Below are positions 23,221 to 36,326 of a stretch of 64,000 nucleotides of DNA, piece after piece. The stretch covers positions 34,637 through 98,636 of the forward strand of contig NW_005434655.1 of assembly GCF_000315625.1 (NCBI RefSeq). The letters are read 5' to 3'. The position numbers were made by a program, and so were the translations under genes. This stretch comes from Guillardia theta CCMP2712 (taxonomy: Eukaryota > Protista > Cryptophyta). Each line of letters opens with the position of its first letter. Within the stretch, counting starts at the first letter, position 1. The notes beneath the pieces were generated by a model. The model was given only the letters and a program-made list of their open reading frames with translations. It had not been told where the DNA came from and searched no databases.

Positions 23221-24985
23221 ATCTACCTCCCGCATGGCATGATGCACATGTTCTGCCTCGTGGCTTCATTATGCAGATATTCACTCTTTTCGCCTGCTGC
23301 ATGCACTTGCTCGTCTAGAACTCTCTTCCCCTCGCAACTCATTCAACAAAACTTCATCTAGTTACTTCTCTTGCCACCCGACTGAAGTCGTTGTCTTCCT
23401 CTGGCATCAATGCGCATCGCACTTCCTCTGTCTCCTCTCTCACGTCTCTCTCCCTCGTCTCTCTCCCTCCTCCTCTCCCTCCTCCTCTCCCTCCTGTTCC
23501 GGGTTGCCGCAGTAGCCTGCATTGTGTGGACTGTTGACGGCCAGTTGTGGAATACGGGGTAGGGGTAGACTACCCCACCCACATTTTAATACCTGTCTGT
23601 CATATATCCAGACGGGGTAGTCTCGGGTTGAAGTCTAACGGATTTTAGAAATAGTCATCATAGGGTACGGTAGTAGGGGTTCAAGGGCGTCAGTACCCGT
23701 GCTTGTTCCTTCTATTTTTGGGGGTGGGTATTCTGTCCGTTAATGCGTTGACTCGAGTGCTCTAGTGCGGTGCCACGGTGCACGCCGTGACCGTACGGCG
23801 GCAGTGGCCGGGCCCGGCGCCGGGAGCCTCTCGGACCGAGATGCTGTGTACAACAACTTATTATTCCGGCGGGTCACAGTGAACCGTCCGATCAGTGTAC
23901 GGCAATACCCCCCGTGCCAGTCAGTAACAAAACTCTCCCGGGGTCCTTCAGTAAACCCGGCAACCGTTGAATTGCCAAGATCGGACGACGCGGCTGTGCA
24001 GTGCCGCTACGGCCCCGCGTCACAGTGCCACAGTGCCCCGGCCGGGCGGGCCCCGGCCCCGGCCCGGCCCGCCGGCCTGGGGCGGGGATGAGGGTCTGGG
24101 TGGACTTTCGGAGAAGGCGTACGTCAGTTTTGGAAGATGGCGGCGGGGCTCATGCCGGCGGCGATGAGGTGAAGGAGGAGGAGGAGGAGAGCCGGCAGCC
24201 TGCGAGGGGAGAAGCTCTTTTACTGTAAAAGATAGGACGAGGATCGTTGGTGGGAAGGAGCAGGCAAGAGAAGGCCCTTCATCGAGCACCAGGATGCACA
24301 GGATTTCGTGGAGACAGTGGTGTAGGAGTTGGAGCAAGGTGGATGAATGGAAGCAGGTGGATAGGAAGATGTTGATGAAAGGACGTATCAGGATCAGAGG
24401 ATGAGATGGAGACAGTGGCGTTGGAAGGGGGGTGGGGGTGCGTGAAGTGTTGTGAGGAGCTCAGGCAGTGGGTCAGACGGTCCTCGCCAATTTCTTCAGT
24501 GACCAGAGCGAGGGGCCAAGGGGAAAGAAGCGAAGAGATGAGAGGGAGCATGAGAAGAAGAGTTGGGAAGAATGGAAGATGAAGGTGGGAGGATCCATTT
24601 GATAATGCAGAGAATGAGTGAAAGAAGATGCATGCAATGAATATCACGTGAAGCTCGTGCATCGATGGAGGGAGCGCAGAGAGGGAGAGAGGAGAGAACT
24701 TGGGGTGTGGGAGCAAGAAGAGAGAGGTCACATCTGAGCAAAAGTCTGAGTTTTCATTCTTGAACGAGGATGTCATCGGATTGACAGACATGAGGTTCAA
24801 AGAACATTTGAATGCGTGCAGCAGAGGACCATTGAGATTGTGAGAGTTGTCGTGCAGTTTGGACTTTGAGCGTACAGATGGTGTGATATGGCTGGTTGAT
24901 GATACAGGAAGAGGGTTGTGGAATTGATCTAACAACGTCTTGCCGGATTGCAGGGAGCGGTGGAGAGAGATAGCTGGTTGGCCGC

Positions 24986-26490
24986 ATGCCTTGCACGACC
25001 TTTTTTTGCGGTAGGTGTGCAGTCTGTGAAAGTTACTTGCAGATCTTGTCTTTCATGATCAAGTGAAGTGGCTCGTCATTATGTCCATCTGCTTCTTCGC
25101 CTTCAACAGAGCCGTAAGATGTCGAAGATGAGTTGAGGCGGCCGCTCTTACACAAAGGATTCTGCTTCAGTGCGCTGGGTTCCTTCACTTCTTGGGCTTC
25201 AAGGAGAAGAGGAACCGAAACTATCTCGGGTCATGCATGGTTTCAGTCGTGTAAGTCTGTTGTTTCCTTCTTTCTTCGTATCTCTTGCTTCTCGCTCGTT
25301 CCGTCCCCTCTGAAGTCCCTCACCATCTTTTTCCATCAAAATCCTGTCATGGCATCGTTGGAATGGGGCATTGCAGGCACTGCTCATTGGTGAGCTGCTC
25401 TCTACTGATTGTTTCATGGAACTCATTGGCGTCCTTTCCTCGCGTCCTCTATTGCCTCAGGTCTCCTTCATCACCTACGAAGAGCTCTCAAGCAGAGATT
25501 GGTCCTTCTATGGAACCCACGGAGCAAGGTGAAACAGAGCTCAAGACCTTGTCTGGGTGACGTGGCTGACTCCTCTCCCTCAGATTCGACCTCTCCGCTC
25601 CCAACACGCCCACCGGCACTGCCTGCCTTCTCTTCTGCAGCGCCTTCATGGTGAGATGCGTGGGGGATGTGAATCCTTTGACGCGCCTGCGGCAGATCGC
25701 AGACCAGCTGTTTATGCTGATATGGTGCCCTGAGGAGACTCTCTTCCTCCTACACCATGTCGCCACTCTGCTTTACATGGGCTCCTGCCTCTACCTCCAG
25801 GCCGGAGACCTCTCCGTTGCTCTGTTGGATCTTGGAGTGCCGAGCATGCCGAGGGATCTAACGGCGCTGCTGCAGCTGCATCTTCCTTGGCGAGATTACC
25901 AACCCCATCAACAACTTCTACGCTATCACAGACTGCCTGGTGTCTCAAGCTTCCTGCTCCCTCCTGCCTCCCTGACTCCTGCGACAGAACAACGAGAAAG
26001 TGGGGAAGCTACTGGAGGGTTTGCACTACATCGCTACCTGGAGGTATGCTCCCCTTGTTTCGTGTCCTCTTCTCATCACTACTTCTTCAGCTTGTTTTTA
26101 GCATTGAGTCTCGTTCGTCTGGTCTATTCTCCCTACGTGAGTTGCTCTTCGGAGCTTCTGGAGTCCTCATCCTTCCCCCTCATCCTCACCTGTGGCCACG
26201 AGCAGGCAGTGTGCTGGGTACTCTTCAAGGCTTATATGCTGGAGGCGCAAGGATCTCCCATCCCACTCATCTTCCGCATGGTTGGCTCTTGAGATCAAGC
26301 TTCACCTTGTTGACTCACTTTGCTATCAGCTCTGGGTTTCGCTCCCCGTCGCAGTTGTGATTGCAAGTTACCTCTTTGTGTAAGTCTTGCCACCGTCGGA
26401 GAGCCGCTGGCTGACCTTAGGAGCAGGAAAGGACTGTTGGCCGACATCCAGTCTGGCAAGACGACAACATTTGCAAAGAGCAAGAAGTGA
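24986..26490 (+). CDS. TLC (TRAM/LAG1/CLN8) domain membrane protein, multi-exon
   Basis: FLLHHVATL, CIFLGEITNP (after splicing), FFSLFLALSLVRL and hydrophobic helices. A further 5' exon near 24088-24168 is possible. Confidence 0.7.
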
Positions 26491-27016
26491 AAGTGAAGCG
26501 TGAATATGACTTCAACCATCTGAACTATTGAATTTGATCATTGAAATCCTCCGGCCCAGCGGCCGCATAACTTATTAACCGTTTCCAAGTTGCACTGTAC
26601 TGAACATGGTTAAGTGGGTTCGGGCCAGCCGCGGCGCGGGTCCGCGGGCGGCGGCGTCCGATCGCGGCCCCGGTGAGTCCGCCGGATCACACGGCCCGGT
26701 ACGGTACCCGCCGCAGTGGGCGGTGCCGATGACGGTGCTCAGCTCCGACTCGAGTCCCCCGGACTGGGAGTCAGCGCTTAGCGAGGCTCAGCGGCCCCGC
26801 GCCGGCGGCTAAGCTCACACACCGTGGCACTGAAAACTCAATTAGGTCACTCAGATCCTTCCGAATCGCTCGTACCATATCGAAACTGTATGGCCGTAAG
26901 GTACAATATTCCTCGAGTGGCGCACTAGTCTCAGAAGGGATACCCCTTATGACAGCTATGCCTCGAGCGGATCTAGAGTGCAGGGGGATATAAGGGGGGA
27001 GTGAAACGGCGTTGCC

Positions 27017-28697
27017 ATGCGCGTCCTCCTCCCGCTCCTTCTCGTGGCCCATGCAGCAGCCTTTGCTCCCTCCCCCGCCCTCCTGTCCTCCTCCCTTGCC
27101 TCCAGGTCTGGCGCCCTCTCTGCTTCCCGCGTCGCTGCTCGCGAGCCCAAGAGGTACGTACATGCTTCAGCGCCCGATTGCTCTTTCGCTGGTATGACCC
27201 TCAGGATCGAACAGGTTGTCTCTGCGCATGGGCGAGCCCCTCAAGTCCATTGAGCTGAAGCATCCCAGTGGAAGCTCTGCGACCGTCTATCCCTTCGGCG
27301 CCACCGTGACCAGCTACAAGGCTCCTCACGAGGTTCTCTTCGTCAGGTCAGCACCCGATGGCACCTCTCCTCCTTCCTTGACGTTCTTCTTCTCCTCTAG
27401 GCCTGACGCCAAGTTTGACGGCTCGAAGCCCATCTCCGGAGGAATCCCCCACTGCTTTCCCCAGTTTGGCCCGGGTAAGATTCAGCAGCACGGGTTTGCA
27501 AGGAACCTTGTGTGGAACGTGAAGGATGTCAGCGCCGACGAGGTGCGTTCTTGCTGCATGTCTTGCAAGGCATGCTGATGGTTGTGAGAGCAGCCTGACA
27601 TGCCTTCGGTCACTCTCGAGCTCACCGAGACCGAGGAGACCATGGCGATGTGGCCGAACAAGTTCAAGGTGATCTCGCCCTGCAATCATTTTCAACTCTC
27701 CCTGACTCTTCTGTCTTTCAAGTGCACCTACGTGGTCGGGTTGGATGAGGAGAAGCTCAACTGCGAGCTTCGTGTTACCAACACTGACTCGAAGCCCTGG
27801 GACTTCCAGGTGGAGATATGCGAATAAGAAGTCTGTGTTGACGTCTTAATCTTTGCAGGCTGCACTTCACACCTACTTTGCTGTGTCCAACATCGACAAG
27901 TGCGAGGTCATTCCAAGACATTGAACAAACTCAAGTTCGCCCATCCAACTATCGCAGGTTCGTGGAGCGTTCAAGGGATCCGAGCATTTGAACAGAATGG
28001 ACAAGCCGCCTTCCAAGACCAAGGTTTCCTGGGAGACCTCAGTTGAACGGACTTGACTTGTCCGGTTCAGGAGAGCCGTGAGGCGATCCGATTCGACAAG
28101 GAGGTCGACAGCTGCTACGAGGTGCGAATGTCACACTCATCAACCTTGCTCCTCTCGCTCGTGACTCTCCTTGTTCCTGCGTCTCTCCTTCCCACCCTCA
28201 TCTCTCGTTCCTCCCTTCACTTCTCTTCCTCTGACGACTTTCCTTCTCTCCAGGGCGTCTCAGGGCAGGTTGTGCTCTTCGACGAAGTGAAGCCAGAGCA
28301 GTCCGTCACCATCCGCAACCTCGCGGTGACCCAACTATCCCCTTCCCTTCCCCTTCCCCCTCCCCGGGAGCCCATCACACCCGCTGTCTGTCTGAGCCAG
28401 TCTCTTACTGAGAACCTTTCAAGGGATGGGAGGATACTGTCCTCTGGAACCCCTACGGTAATGAGGTAAAGAGGCCCGGGCTTCGCTTTTCCGGCCGCTG
28501 ATCAGCGACGATTCTCCAGGGAATGGGCTACAAGAACTTTGCTTGCGTTGAGAGCGTGAAGGCGGCAAAGCCCGCGGTGTTGGGTGAGTCACTGAGATTG
28601 AGTTGGATCATGATGGTAAGGCGCTGAATCTTGTCGGTCAGCTGCGGGCGAAACCTGGATCTCCCGAGTCTCCATCATCCCTGGAGCCGCCAAGTGA
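27017..28697 (+). CDS. Plastid-targeted aldose 1-epimerase family (glucose-6-phosphate 1-epimerase-like), about 12 exons
   Basis: Bipartite presequence MRVLLPLLLVAHAAA|FAP. Motifs GATVTSYK, AKFDGSKPISGGIPHCFPQFG, QHGFARN, ALHTYF, WEDTVLWNP and FACVES. All introns read as GT-AG. Confidence 0.9.
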
Positions 28698-30187
28698 CTT
28701 GAAGGCTAGCCGGGGCTCTGACCCTGTCCGGCACTGAGTACTCAGCGGCCAGCCCGCGGCTAACCGGCCGCGTGACTTAGTAAACTGAACTTGACTTCTG
28801 AACTTCAAGCGGCAAAACTTGAAAAATCCCCGGCACCAATGAATGGCCCGGTACCTTCCACCGGGCACGGAGCCGCTGGCCCGACCGTAGGCTCAGTAGC
28901 GGCTCTGTCGCCCTTCCTACACTGGCCAGTGTGACTGGCAGCGGGAATACGATATGGTTACTCCCGTTCAACCCGGCGGACGTTGAACGGAGCCTCAGCG
29001 AGTGATTGCCACCGCCGGTGACCGGGTCCTGAGGGTTGGTTCTCACTGAGTCACTGCACTGCCGCCAGGCCAGCCTAGCGAGTCTTCTCGCCGCCGCCGG
29101 GCCGTCACGTGTCATGGCCTGTGCCCGGCTGACGGACCTACGGTTTGAGTAAAGGAAGTACGGTACTGATTCAAGTTGGTCCGAGTCCCGGCGGCCCGCC
29201 GCCACAGCGGCGGCCGGGCCGGCCACCATGACCGTCGGGATCATATTTGACCCCCCGTTACAACGGTAACTTGAAAAAAAAAGAGTCAACCCTCCTAATA
29301 ATTGGCCTGGCACGGTTCCGAGCAACAGGTGCAGGGGTGGGGGGTCCGACATTGGATAATTAGGGTGTAAGTAGGGGTACTATGAGATGGATTTGAGGGG
29401 GTAGTGGTACCTTAGTGGGTCGAAGGGTGGGGTTCAATCGGTAGCTGATCTTCCGACTTGCTCCTGTTCATCGGAGAAGTTCATGATTTATTTATAGAGC
29501 CCTCCAAAAGTTCAGGTATGATTTGCAGTCGCTGTGCCAGTCGGCTGATCGGCCCTGGAGAAGTTCAGTCATTTAGTTCATGGTGGCTTTGGAAGGACAG
29601 AAATGACCGGTCGCACGAATGTAGCCGAAGCGAGGAGGCGAGGAGATCAGCGAGGAGGAGGAGGAGGAGGAGGAGGAGAGAGAGAAGAGTAGAGGCAGGG
29701 AAGGAGCTCGAGGTAGGAGGGAGCAGGAGTGAGACGGAGAGCTTTGGGAAGAGAAGGATCGAATCGAACAAGATGAGGCTGGTGGTGGAGTCGGGAGGGA
29801 TGTGAAGGTGGGAGAGGAGGAGATGATTGAAAACGATGACTGTTGAGATGGAATGCTGGAATAATTGCAGTGAGGAGAAGGATCAAGGCATATGATTTTG
29901 ATGTACGGGGAGTGGCGTATGCGGGGCAAAGAGGAGGTGAAGTTTGACAGGACGTAAGAAAGGTTAGTGAGAGGATTGTCTGTCTCTCTCTGTGTGTGGA
30001 AAGGGGATAGGAACAAGGGATCAGTCGAAGAGGAGGTCAGGGAGCGATTGAGCGAGGAAGCTGGAGAGGACGAACCGATCAGAGGAGTTGTATCCGGAGG
30101 CACTCGACTGATTGGTTTTGACTATCACAGGATGAGAGAGACTTCTTAGAGGCAGGTCGAAGAAGCCGGAAGCTAGTTCATCTAAGG

Positions 30188-32408
30188 ATGAATCTTGGCC
30201 TCAAGAGAAAGTCCAGCATTCTTGCTACTTTGTTCGCAAATGAATTGCAGGGTGAATCGCAAGCAGTCCTCCTCAGCAAGGAAATCTTTCGACTGAACAT
30301 CGACAGTGTTGACTTGTGGGCGCCATGCTCGGCCAGTCTGTTGCCGCGTTCTATCTCGTTGCTGGACAAGGAGAGCATGAATCAAGTGCATGTCCCCCTG
30401 GACATCATCTGCGGCATTGAACAAGTCGGAGGGAGGGCGGAAACCAAAAACTTGACCCTGATCAGGATCCAAGAGTCGGAGGTCCACACCAAGTATGTTA
30501 CCTACTGGATCTTGGTGCTTTCAACGAAGATGGAGTCAGCGTTCAACGGGAGGAGCGTGCACTTGAGGTTCGAGGAGGAGGACGAGGCGACACGATGGAA
30601 TCAGGAGATCACAAAGTTGATCAAGCATCGCCTAGCCAGCGAGCACATCGCAAGGGAAGGCAGGCTAAGGATATTCAGGGACCTGAGTCGAAGGGCATAC
30701 TACAGCCGACCCTTCCAGTCGGTCTTTGCGCTACTGATCGGCATGAACTTCTTGATCAACATGATAGAGGCTGAAATTCGGCCGGCGGACAACTCTGCCC
30801 AGAAGTTCACTTTCGACCGTTTCGACATGTTCTTCACCTCCCTCTTCGCCTTCGAGTTTGTTTGGAACTTCTCGTCCAATGTGTCAAAAAAATTCTTCGA
30901 GGACGGTTGGAACTGGTTTGACTTCTTTGTTGTCGTCATGTCAATATCTTCATTCATCGTCTCGGGAGTCCCGATCCTCACTGTCTTTCGGCTGCTTCGA
31001 GTATTCAAGGCTCTGCGGCTCTTCCGGCAGTTCAAATCCCTCAGAATCATCTTCAACTCTCTCCTCGCAAGTGTCTTCCCCATCATCAACTCAGTCTTCA
31101 TCCTACTCGTCGTTACCGCCATCTTCGCCATCCTCGCTGTCCAGGTGCTGCTCTCGACCTCTGTCGTCTCCGCATTTGACAAGCTCCTTTCCAGCTGTAC
31201 GGCTACCGCTCGGATCAGTTTTCAAACTTCCAGCAGGCAATCTTCTCGCTCTACCAGGTGGCAACTGGCGACGCTTGGGCGTCGGGAATCGCTCGTCCTC
31301 TCTTCTACAAGCTTGACTCGAAGCCTGATCCCTCGGTATCTCCGCAGTTTGACAACTTAGACTTGTCAAACTTTCATGCTGCGCCAAGCTGTAACGACTG
31401 ACGTACGGCTGGTAGGTCATGCCGTTCTTCACCGCCTACTCCATCCTCTCGTCGCGGATCCTCATCAACGTCGTTGTGGCCGTCCTGCTCGACAACTTCA
31501 TCAGATGCGTCAAGGTCGAGGAGTGGAAGGAGCTGCAAGCGGAGCTGGAGAAGGAGCGGCAAGGGATCGAGGTGTCTTCGAGGGTGCTGGACCCTCTCAT
31601 GAAGTACCTGTCCAAGCACGACACGGAAGAGCACTTCCAGGCGCAGGTGCAGAAAGTTTTCAGCATCGTCAACTTCAAGCTCAAGGAGAGCGTCAACTTC
31701 GACGACGTGCACAAGGGGCTGAAGGCGCTGGGGCTGAAGCCGATGATCGAGCTGAGAAAAGATGACTTTGACTACATCACAGCTGAAGGGAGATACTGTA
31801 ACGAGCTGGGGGAGATCTCAGCTGAGAACTTCTCGAAGATGATCAGCAGGCAGTACAAGATGTTCTGCGCGAGGAAGCTCTGCGATCTTCAGAAAATCAC
31901 CGACGGGGCGGACATGGTTGTCCATCTGGCAACCAAGATGGTGCTGGTGATGGAGGACCCTGACTGGAAAAGCGACGATCTCTTCAGATGGAAGTCGAAG
32001 GGGAGAAAGAAGGAGGAGGAGGAGGAGGAGGAGGAGGAGGAGGAATCAGTTTCAAATCGTCACTACCCTGAGAGTCTCCATGATCTGCCCAAGAGCGTCC
32101 TGATCGAGAATCTTGAGAGGATCAAGCAAGAGAGGAACGAGTACAAGTTCCAGCTGGACTGCATGGAGAGGAGGATGAAGCTGCAAGGCCCTCCTCTATC
32201 CCTGGCCGACAAGTTTGAGATGCTGGCTCCTCGACAGGACGCGTCGCCTCCCCACGTCAACCGCTTCGTTCCATCCATCTTCCCTAGTGGGCTGCTACCC
32301 TTGGACGGCTCCTCCTGGAGGCGCCAAGGAGGAGCTGCTGGGGGCGAGGAGGGTCAGGCAAGAAAAGTGAGGGGGCACTGGGGTGCTGATAGTCTATTTG
32401 TCGCATAA
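30188..32408 (+). CDS. Single-domain (6TM) voltage-gated Na+/Ca2+-type cation channel with a PH-like N-terminus and degenerate EF-hand C-terminus
   Basis: S2 FTSLFAFEF; S3 GWNWFDFFVV; S4 FRLLRVFKALRLFRQFKSLR. Pore exon 31195-31335 reads FSNFQQAIFSLYQVATGDAWASGIARP; S6 INVVVAVLLDNF. Introns at 31145-31194 and 31336-31415. Confidence 0.88.
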
Positions 32409-32452
32409 AGCCGTGCCAAGCAACCGCTGCTCCCTGAATCCTCCTCCTCCTC

Positions 32453-32552
32453 NNNNNNNNNNNNNNNNNNNNNNNNNNNNNNNNNNNNNNNNNNNNNNNN
32501 NNNNNNNNNNNNNNNNNNNNNNNNNNNNNNNNNNNNNNNNNNNNNNNNNNNN
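32453..32552. other. Assembly gap (100 N)
   Basis: Run of N flanked by CTC and poly-C repeats. Confidence 1.
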
Positions 32553-32619
32553 TTGACCCCCCCCCCCCCCCCCCCCTCATCTAACCTGCTCCTCCTCCTG
32601 CTCTTCCTGCTCTCTTCTC

Positions 32620-32840
32620 TTGCTCCTCCTCTTTCTTTATCCTGCTCCTGCTGCTCCTGCTCCTGCTCCTTTTTATCCTGCTCCTCTTTATCCTGCTGCT
32701 CCTGCTCCTGCTCCTGCTCCTCTTTATCCTGCTCCTCTTTATCCTGCTCCTCTTTATCCTGCTCCTGCTGCTCCTGCTGCTCCTGCTCCTCTTTATCCTG
32801 CTCCTCCTGCTCCTGCTCCTGCCCCTGCCCCTGCCCCTGC
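32620..32840. repeat. Compound (CTCCTG)n / CCTGCTCCTCTTTAT microsatellite
   Basis: Read directly. Confidence 0.9.
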
Positions 32841-33885
32841 TCTCTCCTCTTGCTCCTGCTTCTCCTTTTCTCCTTGCTTCCACATCAACATTTTTTGCTG
32901 AGTTTCGTACCTACTCTTCAAGCTCTTCCAACTTTCAGTTCTCACTCCTTCTCGTTGCTCCTCTCCTCCTTCCCTCCCTTCTCCCCTCTTCCCCCACCCT
33001 CGTACACAGAAGCAATTTCTCCAAGATCGATCTACCCCTCATGTTTTATAAATTGTGCGGGAGGAGAGGAGAGGAGAGGAGAGGAGGAGGACATAGAGGA
33101 CGGGAAGGAAGAGGAGAGAAGTACAGAGGAGGAGAGGATCGAAGAAGAGCGAGAGCAAGATCAGTGTAGGATCTTAGAACATCACAGTCTTTTGACATCG
33201 TTTTTGTTTCAAACGTCAACTGCCATCTCCCAAGTCCTCCATCCATAGCGTACAGATCCTGAACAGGAGTCTCGTGCTGGAGCCACAGCTGCCAGGTTGC
33301 AGGCAGAGAGCGGGAGGAGGAGGAGGAGGAAGAGGAAGAGGAGGAGCTGATTTCTTAGATTCGTGGGGCAGGAGGAGAGGAGAAGACGGGCAGGGCAACT
33401 GGCTTCACTGTAAAGAAAGACATGAGCAGAAGACAGGTTTCGATCGGTTTTCTGACGATAACACGTTCTAATGTGTGCAATGATCAGAGAGGAAAATTAG
33501 GAGGAGGAGAAGGAGGAGGAGGAGAAGGAGGAGGAAGGCAGAGGAGGGGAAGGGGGAGAATATAAGGATGGTCGAGTGAGAACAATAGAGGAGCAACGAA
33601 GAACACGTTGTTGAATAGGGTGCAGGCGATGAAAAGAAGGAAAGCAATACATGGTGATGAGGAGAGGAAAAGAGAGGAAGAGCGGAAGGAGACGATAACA
33701 GAACAGAAGTACAAAGGAGGCGATCAGAAGTTGAGGGAGAGAGGTAAGGAAGGAAACAGAGCATAAGCAGAGGAGGCGGAGGGAGGGAGGGAGGGAGGGA
33801 GGGAGGGAGGGAGGGAGGGAGGGAGGGAGGGAGGGAGGGAGGGAGGGAGGGAGGGAGGGACGGGGTGTGGAGGACGTGGACCGAA

Positions 33886-33985
33886 NNNNNNNNNNNNNNN
33901 NNNNNNNNNNNNNNNNNNNNNNNNNNNNNNNNNNNNNNNNNNNNNNNNNNNNNNNNNNNNNNNNNNNNNNNNNNNNNNNNNNNNN
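33886..33985. other. Assembly gap (100 N) between (GGGA)n and (CCTCT)n arrays
   Basis: Run of N. Confidence 1.
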
Positions 33986-34422
33986 CCTCTCCTCTCCTCT
34001 CCTCTCCTCTCCTCTCCTCTCCTCTCCTCTCCTCTCCTCTCCTCTCCTTCCTCCTCTCCTCCTCCTCTCCTCTCCTCTCCTCTCCTCTCCTCTCCTCTCC
34101 TCTCCTCTCCTCTCCATCACTCTCGCCCTCCCAGCCTTCCTTTTGTATCCCCGTCCTCCATAATCTTGTTCGCCTCAGCCTCTGCCTGATGAGTTTGACT
34201 AATAATGTTCAACTCACTCAAGTGATCGGACTGTCCGATCGGCGCACGAGTGACTGAGCCTGTCTGAGTCCAGCCAGCCCCCGGGCCCGGATCATCGGAT
34301 CCCGGCGCCGGCGATCATCGGATGATGATGCCGCCGGGCGGACGCTCATCATCGAGTCATCGGCGAGCCGCATGATCTCACAGAGTCACGGGGACCCTAA
34401 TGTCGGCCACGGGCAGGAGATG

Positions 34423-36326
34423 TTACTCCATCATCTTGCTTCCTACTCTTGATCCTCAGTACGTCCGATCTCTTAGCCCCGACGTGCTCTCGAGAAGAGC
34501 CTTCACCTTGTCCAGCTTCAGCATCTTGCTGATCGCTGCCCGGCTCTTCCCGTACAACTTAGGCCGCGACCGGCCCTGTCTCACTCCCGGGGCGAGGGGC
34601 GATGGAGAGGCTGAGGGATCACCGGGGAAGAGAAGGTGTGGGGAGGTCTGGGAGGAGAGGAAGGAGCAGACGAGGCAGTCGGGAACATCGCAGGGGCAGG
34701 GAGGAGAGAGCGTAGCGTGTATATGCAAGCTAACAGGAGCTTCTCTGTAACTCAAATAATGACAAGCTCCTTTTTACATCTTGCGGGGGGGTACTACCTC
34801 ACCGAGTGCCTCTGAGTTCAAGTGGCGCACTACTAGGACAGTTACTGGTTACTACCTGAAACCTTGTCATCATAGCATCACAAACTTGAGATATCAGGAG
34901 AGTCACAATGATTCAGACTGTTAGCGAACGCATTTGTGCAACGGGCTGGAGAGATCGGACACCCGGCTACTTCAACAAACTTGACTCATCCTCATATAAC
35001 GCTGTACGGAAACCAGACAGTAGCATACTTCGGATCGGAGGATGTTTTACTCACCTTGCCACGCGGCGATCAGTGAGTGAACTTTCAAAATTGGAAAATC
35101 GAAGAATGCTTGTGACAAGTAGAGCGGCGGGATCTGAATACCTTTCTCGATGCAGAAAGTTTTCATGCTTTCGAGTTTTTGTTTCCACACGAGAGTTTGC
35201 ATTCTTTCCGCGGCTAAATCCGTCTCGGCCCACATTTTCTTTTTTCCTCATGTTCCAAATCTCTCTCAGCTTCAATCACTCTGAGTCTCTGATATTCCAA
35301 ATCTCTCTCAGCCATTCTCAGTCTTTCGCTCCATTCCTGTTGACCGCGACCCTCAGCCTGCGGTCCAGCTGTAGTCCAGAATCATACCTAGCACGTTTCC
35401 GGGACCCTCCTCCATGTCCCTTCCCCATGGAGGGTGAAGGCGGTTCAGGAGAAGATCACAGCGACCAGGTTTCCGACCCATCATCTTCACCTGAAGAGGA
35501 ACTGGAGGCAGAGCAATACCGAGCCATCAGGCTCATGTCTTCATCACATTGGCAAAGGCTGCTACGAAATCAAACGAAGCACGAGCCCTACTGTCAACCG
35601 TCTTCATGGCACATCGAGACCGAATCTTGTTTCTCTGCATCTTTCTCGGCTATCATGCCATTTGCTTCTGGTCGTATTCGTCTTCAAGGCACCTGCAAAC
35701 AATGGGTCTTGATCCGTGGCATCACGATAAATGTTTTCTTTGTCTCTGCAGTTTCCAAACAGCTTGCGTGTTGGAGTGCCCATCATCGCAGTGACAGTCA
35801 TCACACGACGTTTGAAGCCATCCTGGTCGGGTTGACCTTTGAAGCTCATACGACCGGGCACATTCGCCTGTGCATTTGAAGGCACCTCACAGCTTTCGGA
35901 ACGTTCAGTCTGTCCTGGCGAAATTTTGCCAGGCTTTCTGAGAGCTGAGGTAGTTGCGATGGATCAAGTAGCTCGCCAGCTATGGGATCCTCCGATGCTA
36001 CGCGCTTGAAGCATTTCTACCTTCTTACTCGCTATAGATCTCATTGCTCCTCCCCCCTTTCCCTTACTGAGATACTCCTCCTCCTCCTCCTGCTAGCTCC
36101 TCCTCCTCCTGCTAGCTCCTCCTCCTCCTGCTAGCTCCTCCTCCTCCTGCTAGCTCCTCCTTCTCTGACTCTTTCATGATACCTCCCGGAGTCCTTTCCT
36201 TCCAGTAAGTCTTTGGTAGCTCCTCCCTCTCTCGTTAGCTCCTACCCGGCTCTCGGTGACTCTCCGGAGTCTGATAGCTCCTCTCAAAAACTCTTGGGCC
36301 TTCCGCTCTCTCGCATATGCCATCAT
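34423..36326 (-). CDS. Hypothetical multi-exon protein with a short coiled coil
   Basis: Protein-like exons (SEDPIAGELLDPSQLPQLSESL; ANVPGRMSFKG; EWSERLRMAERDLE; MWAETDLAAERMQ; KSRAAISKMLKLDK) bounded by GT/AG. No recognisable family; both ends are approximate. Confidence 0.4.
36078..36153. repeat. 19-bp tandem repeat (CTCCTCCTCCTCCTGCTAG) x4, probably intronic
   Basis: Read directly. Confidence 0.9.

Noticed and set aside
32553-33248. Extensin-like (YPAP)n or Cys/Ser-rich ORFs
   Set aside because: These are translations of a microsatellite next to a gap; all frames are open simply because the repeat lacks stops.
33000-33471. Possible 3' exons of a gene whose start is lost in the gap
   Set aside because: Splice-like signals exist, but the peptide is short and unrecognisable, so support is insufficient.
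34908-35879. 323-aa plus-strand ORF
   Set aside because: No family motifs, and the opposite strand carries more protein-like exons with splice signals.
36078-36153. CRISPR-like regular repeats
   Set aside because: Head-to-tail minisatellite without spacers, in a eukaryotic context with no cas genes.
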